Source: an uncultured archaeon (GTDB lineage Archaea > Asgardarchaeota > Lokiarchaeia > Sigyniarchaeales > SOKP01). Taken from it: a DNA stretch of 49,091 nt. This document shows positions 37,495-47,900 of this stretch, in pieces. The number at the start of each line of letters is the position of its first letter. Positions within the stretch are counted from its first letter, which is position 1. A program made the translations under genes and the position numbers. The DNA lies in the NCBI GenBank assembly GCA_964486045.1, contig CAZALK010000010.1:148989-198079 (forward strand), written 5' to 3'. The notes beneath the pieces were generated by a model. The model ran no database searches. It saw only the letters and a list, made by a program, of their open reading frames with translations, and had not been told where the DNA came from.

Positions 37495-38835
37495 CTAAGA
37501 GGAAATGTCAATGAAAACTTTTTTTTCATTTTTCCACTCTCTTAAAAACAATAAAGTTCTCTCATCAAACGGATTCTGAACAAGAAGAAGATGCTGAAAA
37601 TTGATCAAATCATGGACACATTCTGGCAAACTACGTAGGTTATTCCATCCCAAACCTAAATATTCAAGATATTCTAATTTGCATATTTCCTTAGGCAAAT
37701 GTTCTATTTGGTTATTAGATAAACCTAATTTCCTTAAGGATTGTAAATTTCCAATACTGACTGGTATTTCTTGTAAGTTAAGTCCATCCAAAAATAATAC
37801 TCTTAAAAATCCTAATTCGCTAAATCGCTCAGGGAACTTCTTTATTCTGTAAAAGTTCGTTTCACTGCTCCAGATACCGATCCCTGTGACATGACGATTT
37901 TCAAAATCATACGTGAAGAGCATAGGACCAATGTATTGATAAATATAGTTACTTAACTTAAAATAAGAATAGTTCTCTCTCTTTTTTTCTTGCATATTTT
38001 TCTTGAGCAATATAACTGCACTGGAAGAAATAGACTCGATTATAAACTGCTTTATTTGCTCCTCCAACTTGTTTAAAACCTCACCATCTTGACCGAACGC
38101 GCTCCAAAACTCGGTCCTACTTAAATAATTAATATAGCCCCCATTCTCCAACATTTCTATAGCTTTAAAATTCCCAAGACGAAGAATTTCGAGAATCACC
38201 TCCTTTAATAGTTGTAGCGCTGGTTTATCACCCATTTCGATAAGCATCCTTAAAACATCTAAAGGTAAATCATACTTATAATTCCAAAATGGAACGTCAT
38301 AATTTTTTCCACGTAATTCTTCTAACGTCGGATCTACGATACTCCATAGCTCTTCTTTGCCTAAATATTGAAAGTAACCCTCTTCATATAGGAATGCAAC
38401 AACACTATCAGAACCTTTTATTAAACGTTTGGCAATTTCCTCTTTGAATACCGCCTGCGCTTTGAAATCTCCCACAGTAACCAACTTCTTTAATAAGGGA
38501 AAGGATAGATTGCTCTTGAGAAGGCGAGAATCATAATTTTGTTCCACCCAAACCTGCAGATTGCTACAATGTCCCCAAAACTCTGTTTCGGGAGGTATTT
38601 TATAATACCATTCTAACTCTTCTGGGTTCTCATTTAAAGACTCCAAAGCTTTCCCTAACCACTCTGAAGCCTCATCAATCGATTCAAAGCCACCATTTGC
38701 ATTAGATTCAGGAATATTTATTAATAAAAATTTACATTGTTGGAACCTCTCACCAGCTATATAAATGATCGTATTACCCCCTTCTAACTTGAGATTAATG
38801 AACTCATTAACCTTAAATTCCTCTAATCCGTTCAA
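37495..38835 (-). CDS. Lokiarchaeal-type LRR protein (N-terminal EFWGHCSNLQ domain, C-terminal LRRs)
   Basis: FKVNEFINLKLE...FQQCKFLL...PETEFWGHCSNLQVW...NLSFPLLKKL; C-terminal IPVSIGNLQSLRKLGLSNNQIEHLP-type repeats. Confidence 0.88.
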   Translation of the reverse strand: MNGLEEFKVNEFINLKLEGGNTIIYIAGERFQQCKFLLINIPESNANGGFESIDEASEWLGKALESLNENPEELEWYYKIPPETEFWGHCSNLQVWVEQNYDSRLLKSNLSFPLLKKLVTVGDFKAQAVFKEEIAKRLIKGSDSVVAFLYEEGYFQYLGKEELWSIVDPTLEELRGKNYDVPFWNYKYDLPLDVLRMLIEMGDKPALQLLKEVILEILRLGNFKAIEMLENGGYINYLSRTEFWSAFGQDGEVLNKLEEQIKQFIIESISSSAVILLKKNMQEKKRENYSYFKLSNYIYQYIGPMLFTYDFENRHVTGIGIWSSETNFYRIKKFPERFSELGFLRVLFLDGLNLQEIPVSIGNLQSLRKLGLSNNQIEHLPKEICKLEYLEYLGLGWNNLRSLPECVHDLINFQHLLLVQNPFDERTLLFLREWKNEKKVFIDISS

Positions 38836-38940
38836 TGGCCTTAAACTTTTCTCAGTTAATTATGTATATAACGAAGTTCAAGCATTTAAAATTAAAGCCT
38901 TTGAGTATTTAATGAAGTAAAAAAAATTTTAAGTTAAAAA

Positions 38941-41900
38941 TTAAAAGAAATCGGAAATAAACCTAAAGTGATGGTAACTTTCAAAAGGGTCTTCACTTTG
39001 ATCAATTGGCAGTATGGGAACAGAATGTTGCTTAAATTCCCTCAGTACGGAAGAAATTGCGTTATTAAAATCTTCGTTAAGAGCATCAGTTGATGTGAAT
39101 ACATTGTATCTGTCATTGGTTGTGAAATGTAAATCTGCTAAACCAACTGCATCCTGAAGCACATTAAAGGCACCAAGAAACTCTGAAGAACCTTCTTCAT
39201 CAACTACAAATGTTAATAAAGTTATACCTCCCTCTAACAATCCTCTTAAAACTTTTTCGAATTTATCTTTAAACAAATGAAGATTCTTCCCGTCGTTTGT
39301 ACCGTCAAACTCCCAGCTTTTCCAGATAATATCATCAATTTCTATTAGATTAGTTGCAGTATCTATATACTGATTGTGTCCAGTTCTTTTAGATTGACCC
39401 AAACCGTGGGAGAATGAAACCATTGGAACTAGGTAGACCTTTTTAGTCAAACCCGCTTCAGGATTCCCTAGACTTTTAGACAAATCTTTGAAAACTTGAC
39501 CGAAAAGTGTAATTGGTTCCTCTAAATCTGATAATAAAGCATCTGCCTGAAGTCCGACTACGCTTCTTACCTTAATTCTTACTGAATCGGAGAAAACTTT
39601 GTCATATCCATCTATAGCCCATGAAGCTCTATCTCTTCCCTCCAATAAAATTGAACTTAATTCAGAAGGAACATCCTCTAAATCAAACGATATAGCTAAT
39701 TCATCAATTCTGCCGTTTAGGAAAGATAATATTTCCTTTCTCTTGATGTCAAAAGCGTGGGCTTTTCCTTGGAATAATAACTTATATAATGCAGATTCAA
39801 TAACATATAAATACTCTCTCCGTAAACTTGGGGATTCCACATTATCTACGACTTTTGTCTTGAATCTATTCAATAACTCCTCTAAGAATAAACGAGTTCC
39901 CCTCGCCTTGGTAAGTTCTATCTTTATGCTTGTTCGAAACTTCTTCCCTAAAGCACTTAATAAAGCATTAGATAGATGATTGGTATATTGTGTTCTTTTA
40001 TTAGCAAAAATCTCATCAACGTCCTTATAAGCAGGATTCCAAAAAGATGTCGGAATATGAGGACTCCTAATAAACAAATCCTCGGATTGTCCTCCAAACT
40101 CACGGACGATTTTAACTCGTAATGTTTGCCCAAACATGTATGAGTCTAAAACATAACTGAACGAATTTCCAGATATAGCAACCCCTGGAGGTAAATTGTT
40201 CTTTGTTGATGACACATGTTCAAGTAACAACCTAAAATCTCTAGTATGAGCTCCCAAAAAGCCTTTCCAAGAGGGAGTAATAAAATTAACCTTATTTCCA
40301 TCGAAGTATAGTGAGCCTGTGATCATCTTGGAATATGTGAATCTTCCAACAATATCTATTAACGCTTCAACTAAACCTTCCATTAATGATCCATCCTCAA
40401 ATAAAGTCTCCCCTTGCCTATACTGCTTGAAATCAGTACCGCTAGAAAACCCATTTGGGAACCTCTTGCTAAAGGACTGCTTATACTTCAGAATTTTTTC
40501 GTTGATTTTTTGTAGTTTCGGATCTGTAATCCCACTTGGAGCATTATAAGAAGTTATTGATTGTAAGATTGTATTTGCCCATTCTTTATCAGTTTGCTCA
40601 GCCTTGAAAATTACGTGATTTACATCCTCGGTACCTTTAAACGTTACATAACTCACATCATTATTTTTTTGTTTAAAAAGGTTTGTGAATATAAATTCTA
40701 ATTCAGAATAATCGTTTCCAAGATGGACTTGTCCATTTTCGTCTTTGTAGGAGTTTAATACTTTTAATATCTCAGGAATAATAGATTGCAAAACTGAAGT
40801 CTCAATGGAAGTCCCTCTATGATCTAGCTGAGTTTGAACGATTGCTGCTAACGGCAATAGAAAAGTGTTTTCTAGCTCTAAAGCCTGAATCTTTATATTT
40901 TTAGGAATAGGGTATTGCCTTAGAAAAGGAACTAAATCCAACTTGGATGCACGAGGTTTGTTTTTCCTTCCAGAGTATGTCTCATCAGAAAATCTATCCT
41001 TATTATAATCAATATCAATATTATGGGCAAGCTTCATCGAAGTTAATTGCATTTGGCTTCCCATGACATTATATGTGTTTCCATGACGATTAACTTCATA
41101 AAAAATTAACTTGATACCTTTATTTCCATCGATTAGATTCTTCGTTAATGTTTCTTCATCTAAATACCATTTTTCTAAATTATCCCTAAGCTGGACTATC
41201 CCTGATTCTTCATCAACTAAGAAGTCACCATACCTTCCTAGTAATCTATGACCATTATTGTGCGTGAAGGCTATTTGTGGTTCGATATCGTAATCTACTT
41301 TACCACTCTCTACATTAAAAAATTGTTTCTTCGGATATCCCAATTGATATTTAGTTTCCATAGGTAACCCTGAAGCGACTTGTTCTAAACTAAATAAACG
41401 ATAAATAGGTCTCCCGGTGGAATCCATTTCAAATCCTAAGACGGTTGCTTCGGCGATGTATCTTTTACCGGAGTCTTTATCTATTGAGGTTTTTATTCCA
41501 TCTAAATCACCTGTTTGTTCAATATATTGCCTACCTAAAAATCCTTTTACATCATCAACATACACGACCTTACCAGTATCCATGTACATCCGTATTGATC
41601 CTTCTAGGGTTAGTTTATATTCCTCATTTCCCTTACTATCATATTTAATTCCCCAATAATCTTGTAATTTGGTTTGTTGTGGTTTTGACGGATCTGGCTC
41701 AAGTAAGTCTTGAATAAATGTATCTATCGACCCTGAATAAGACAACTCGAACTGGTTCGCATATTCCTGAAATGCTTTTAAGGAAGATTGTTGAGATGGT
41801 TGTAAACGTGCATTTATCTCTTGGATCTTATTAAATTTATGCCCATCAGCTAAAGAAAAAGAGCCTCCTCTTTTTTTCACTCCTATTCTTTGCCATGGAC

Positions 41901-44900
41901 CAGAGCCTAAATCTACTCCCTGAGATAATTTCAATAGAAAATTATCCCCAAATGTATTTATTGTATTGTATGTATTTTCTTGGCTTAAAAACGGAGCTAC
42001 TAAAACAACCCTATTTATAGTATTTGTGGGGGTTAACCTATTATCTTTAATTATCTTATTGTTTGTCTCATAAACTACCCTGAGAGTATTCTCAATTATT
42101 CCATCTAAACTAAATGTTTGGAATTTTATTGCATTTTTAGCTGGTGTATATAATACTAACCATTGATCATCTTTCTTATTATAATAAATTCTTCTTCCGG
42201 AATCGAATCGGTTGTTGTCTCCCTTAATAGCATTAGTAGCAAGTCCAAACTTTTCAGTTTTTATATTCTCTTCAAATTCTTCATTATGAATTACAATCTC
42301 TTCAAAATCAACAAGTTCATAACCTTTTTCAATGAGAGAGTAATGTTCTTTTGGCAAGACTTTGAGTTGGGTCTCAATTTCTAACTCGCTTCCAGAATCG
42401 AATCCTTTAGGATGATAAAAAGTCCTTGGAGAAAAAGAGTTCATATGGGTGATACAAGAGAGAAGTGAAGTCGCAATAAAATCTAAATTTGCGAAAAGAT
42501 TAAGAGATTTTCTAAAAGACTCTACATTTTCCATTAGAACTTTAAAGAGCTCACCTTTTTTTACATCATGGGGAATTTTCCCTGAGCTACTGGTTGAATC
42601 GTATAATTTTTGAACAATGCCAATTAAAATTGCTTGTTTTATAATGTTATCAGGATTTTCTGAATCGTCGTAAATCTTTTCCAGTCTTGTAATAATATCA
42701 CTAGCCTCCTTTTCTTGCTGAATATACTTACCATCAGTTTTGGAGAGAGTAGGATCTTCTTCTTTAGCAGAAGCAATCCATAACCTTCTAACAGAAGACT
42801 TGATTGCATCGAAACCCTTTTCTTCAAAATATTTGAGACTTTCTGAAACCAAATAGTTAAGTCCTGGTAGAAATTCTGTAAAAAATTCTATTCTATCAAA
42901 AACATCAAAGAAATTCTCTGATTGATCGCGTATAGTATTATGAATATTTTCCGTAAATTCTTTGGCAAATGAAACATCTTTAACTGTATATTTCTCGATA
43001 AGTGCTTTTAGATTAATTTCCCAAGCCTTCCCTGGGCGAGCTCCAGCTTGAACTGCCATCATTGAAATGGGTGAATCAGACGAACTGATAATATTAGATA
43101 CTAGTGTATCATCTAATAAATCTACGTTATTAACTTCATTACCTTCCTTTAGAAACACTCCATCTTGCATTAACACGAAATCATGGTATGAGTCTTGAAT
43201 TATTCTGAAATAACGGGATCTTACCCAATCGTATAATTCTTGTAACTTTAGTCCTGCAGGAACCCATATTGTCTTAAGCGCCGTCTCTGGTGACTCTCCA
43301 CTCTTCCTTAAGCTAACTTCTATACGTCTCTCCCCTAAATCTAACTCTATTGGAAATCGTTCAAGATTAGTTTGAGCTTTTTGTTCAAAAGCTTCACGCC
43401 TTATTTTATTCTCCTCTAAAAGATTAACTAGTTTTGTGTTTTCTTGAAGACGATCATGTTCCTGATTTATTGATGCTTCTAGATCGTTTACAGTTGTTCT
43501 AGCTGTGGAAGATTCAGTTTGGGAGGGACTAAGTGATTTAACGGCTGGAGAACGGCTGATAGATATCTCTTCCGCCATTATCTTCTGGAAATTAATCTCT
43601 AAACCCATCAAATCGAGCTCTAAGGTATTGAGCTGATCCAGCAATGGGTCAAGCACATATTTATTACCGACTAGACGTCCTAACTCCATCTGGAAAAGAA
43701 TGTCAGTGCTGAGATCAAGCACTTGAGCCATTGTTGCCAAACCCCCGCCACCAACAAAAAAGCTGGGGATTGAGAAGGCAATACTTACAATTCTATTGGA
43801 GTCAATTAGAGACAAATAATCACGTTTTTGTTTGCTCCTTACATCAGCTATAACATCCGCAGTGGCAGTCTGAGATTGCTTTAGAGATTTAGTTTTAGTA
43901 GCTTTATCAACGTTTGCATCTTGAACCAACTCACGAGTAGCTTCAGCACGTTTAAAGACAGATTTAAGATTTTGCAGTAATGAGTCTGATCCCCCGAAAA
44001 CGTTTCCTAAAAAGGAACTAGCAGCACCCATAAATGCTTCCCTGAACGAAGACACAAACATGGACCAAAACTCCGCAACTTCTCGGGGTGTTCCGGTTCT
44101 AGCGCCAAGCTTTAACATTTCACTTTCAATCCACGGATCAATGTATAATTCTTCAAACTCTTCGGTTATTACTTGAATAGGAATGGTTGCGGTATAGGTG
44201 ACTAATGTGAGTAACGCTGTTTTTCCAAATCCTAGCGTAGCCCCAGTGAGACTAGCTATTGCACCTGCAGATAGAACGGTTGGAATAATTAATATAATCG
44301 AAGTAAGTAGTGTAGATACGCGGGTGATGTGTGAAGTATATTCTTTTTCAACTTGAGATTGTGAAAGTTCAATAGCAAGAGTGTGTACGCTTACATAGTC
44401 AGAGATGAGATATGATATGGCTTGGTCGAGGGCGTCTTTAGCAAGGTTGTTTGATGTTGTGTCTAATATTAATGAACCCCGATCCCCATAATCTTGTTGA
44501 ACATAGTCATATCCGATATTGATACCATCTCTACTAATACGGGTTCCAAAAACCTCAGGTGACGATTCTTTATTTGGGATTACAGTCTCGATATGGATAT
44601 TAATCCTATAGGAACAAATCTCTTCTGCTGAGAGTGCGAAAGCTGAATATTTATCTAATACTAAATCGTCAAATGAGATTGTGAAATAAATAGTACCTCC
44701 TTCAATTACATAATCTTGTTTGCTAATTTCAATGTCAGATGCAAAATCTATTATATCAATTTGAGTCCATGTATATGTTTCTAATTTCTGAACTCCATTT
44801 CTATAAACCATTCTTTGTCCTGTGTATTCTACCTCTTCTAACTCCAATATATCCAAAGTAATCATAGTAATTGGGTATTCGAAGCTCTTGGAAAGAAGTG

Positions 44901-47900
44901 GAACTTTTACTTTATACCCCTTCTCTATTTCCGCGTGAGTAAGATTTTCATCAATTCCTCGTGGAGTCTCACGGAATAGAAATGAGTACCACTTACCATC
45001 ATAAATTCCAGTTTTAATATCGACAGATACAATCCCGCCTGTGTTTATTCCCTCATCCTCTAATTCATTATACCTCTGTTGGCTTACTACGATGGGCTTG
45101 TAAAGCCCGGTTCGAGGTTGGGTTAAGCGATAAGCATCACTATATTCATCAATAAACCCATAAGCAGGACGTCCGTTTATATTATATGGCCTTATAGTGT
45201 TAAACTCATCATTAGACATCGTAGATACTGCATTTTCTAAAGCCCCAATACTGTTGAGCGGATATTTCGAATACGTCCTTGTTCGAGCAGTGTCTTTGTC
45301 AGGCGTAAATTGATAATACTCATAGGCGTTGTAAGAAGGAAGCTCGCTGGAAGCAAGGAAATAATCAAGGTTGGAATATGATGTAGAACCATGGATTAAC
45401 GCTGTGTACATCTTGTTACCATTAAATAAGTACTGTAATACTCTTGGATTATTTCTCAATGTTTCAGCAGTTAATTCCTCGTCATCTAAAAGGATTGTCT
45501 CACCACTTTTTGATAAACGATTTCGTTTGCTAGTATCAAGAGTGTTAATTAGCATATTAAGAGTGTCGTCAGAATAATCAAGAGTCGAACCTGCTGTTCT
45601 AAGCGTCTTTGGAGGCGTAACAATTGCTTGTCCGTTATATAATCCCTCAGAATCGCTTACTGGTAGGTATTTTGCACTGGGGTGCCCTTGATGGTGTTCA
45701 TAGAGAGTATAGACTTCGCTGGCCCGTTTATCACTTAAAGTGGTTGGATTTCGTGTATCTTCAATGTATGTACCATCTTTCTCAAGATTATAGTAAGTAG
45801 TTGAGGCAACTACCTGAGCTTGAATTTGACGTTTCTCTTCTTGAGAGGCTACAGACAGTCCGAAGTAAATAAGAGCGAAAACGACACCAGCTATAGCGCC
45901 TATTCCACTTGCAGATAAGGTTGTTATTGCAGCAATACCAATGCCCACAAGTGCCGTAGTTATAGCGGCAGTTGTTATCATTAATACTTGTTCCCATATG
46001 TCGCTATCAAGTGATTTTTGGTATATATTCCACGTTTCACCATACCAATGAGAGTATACCTGAAGGAATAGGTCTGGGGCATATTGATTTAATTCAGAAG
46101 AGGGCATAAGTCTCGAAATCTCAAATATCTGATCTTTAGGAATGTAGTTATCAAATTCGGATAAGGGGAAGTGAGCCTTCATGAAGTTCTTCATTTCATT
46201 ACTATCACCATGGAACATGTAAGATGCATTTTTTCCCATACTTTCAACATATTCATATTCAGCTCTATACGTTTGAGATACAGAATTAAACCCGACTGGA
46301 TTATCTTCGTTTAATACTTGATAAGGCTCAAAGTCATGTTTCCCATCATAATTAAAACCAATTGAAAATACATTGTAGATTCCATCCCCATCCTCATCAG
46401 GAGTCAAAATAAATACTGTCTCATAAAATGCATTCCCATCTGAATCGTAATAGAGATAATGACCGTCCATTTTTCCTTTTCCTGTAGAAAAGGCATCTTT
46501 GTCAGAAGTGTGGTATACTTTTCCATCAGGAGGAGTTACAAATACCCCGTTTACTTTAAATAAGGTAGATCCGACAATGTCATTTGCTTTGGGATCTGTT
46601 TTTAAGTAATCGTGGTATAAACTAAACCGATCCTTAAGTCTAATGATAATAGTACGCTCTAGTCTGTTTTCCACCACGTAGCCATTATCACCCGTTTTGG
46701 TGGTGACTGTTTCAAACTCCATAGGAACATTATCAACACCCCACGTTTCAGTATTCCAATTTAAACCTGCAGGGTCGGTTATTAAGAATGGAAGTGCATC
46801 CGTTTCGACTTTTTGGTTGGTTTCCTTATTTATTATTGAGAGTGTTTTGACTGTAGATTCGATATCGGTGGTGGCTGTCATATCAAATTCATCCTCAAAT
46901 TTATTGGAATATTCGCGAACTTCTACTAATTCTCCTTCTTCCCAGTCGCTATAAGTAAGACTTTCTTGAGTAATAAAGTCATTGAAATAGGTAGTTCTAT
47001 TGTGTTCGTTATATTTTGTATAAGTATCGCGGATGAATGTTATTGCTGTGGATGTATACTCCGCATCTTTTATGAAAAAGTCTGTAAAGTTTCCGGTCTC
47101 AATTCCTTTAACAGTGATATATTTGTTGATTGCGCTTAAGTAATTCCGTGGAGATTTACTAAGACCTTGGGTTAAGATACTGTCATGGAATCCGAAAATG
47201 GCGGTCCATTCATCTAAATAGCTATCTACTTCAATAGAATCAGTTTTCTTCTGATATGTGACATGAGAGTCTGTAAACCCGTCTAAGTCAAGATCTACTG
47301 ATACCGCATAAAACACAGTTCGTGTAGTCTGTGTTGTAGTTACCCTTTCCTGTGAAGAGCGCATCGCATAGCCATAGAAGTTATCTGTCGATTTATAATC
47401 TAAACTGAACCATTTGGTTCTTTTTTCGGCTGGTATTTTTTCATCAATTTTGGTCTCAACAGATTCAAAGTCTTGAATAACACGGTACCATATAATCTCG
47501 CTTCCACTACTATTCATAATCCCATATTTAGTAATATCTATCTTTCCATCTTTGTCTATGTCTATTAGTTGCTTATAATCAACCTCTCCGTCTTGATCAA
47601 GGTCAGCTTCATAAATTACGTTATAAGGATCTTCGACAACCTCAAAATTAATAAATCGAGAGCTTGAATTAAATCCTTTTAAGTGTTGGTCAATAGCTAA
47701 ATCAGTATTGCGTATATAATCGATGGACTCAAAACTCGTATAACTGGAGACTATGGTCTGGGCATCTTCTGATAGAAGATATTCAGGGGAAACTTCTAAA
47801 TACGCAAAAGAAATGGTATAATAGTCATAAAAAGTGGCTTCAGGATCAGTTAAATAAGTTTGGTTGAAGTTGGTCGAGAAGTTTAGGAATGTTCTTTGTG

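Noticed and set aside
37013-37852. Several overlapping short ORFs (37013, 37066, 37081, 37146, 37601)
   Set aside because: They are alternative-frame or antisense shadows of the zinc-finger and LRR genes.
39599-46954. Short ORFs inside the giant gene, including Cys-rich 45788-45997
   Set aside because: They are shadows of the long frame; the Cys richness comes from shifted Ala/Val codons of the hydrophobic hairpin.
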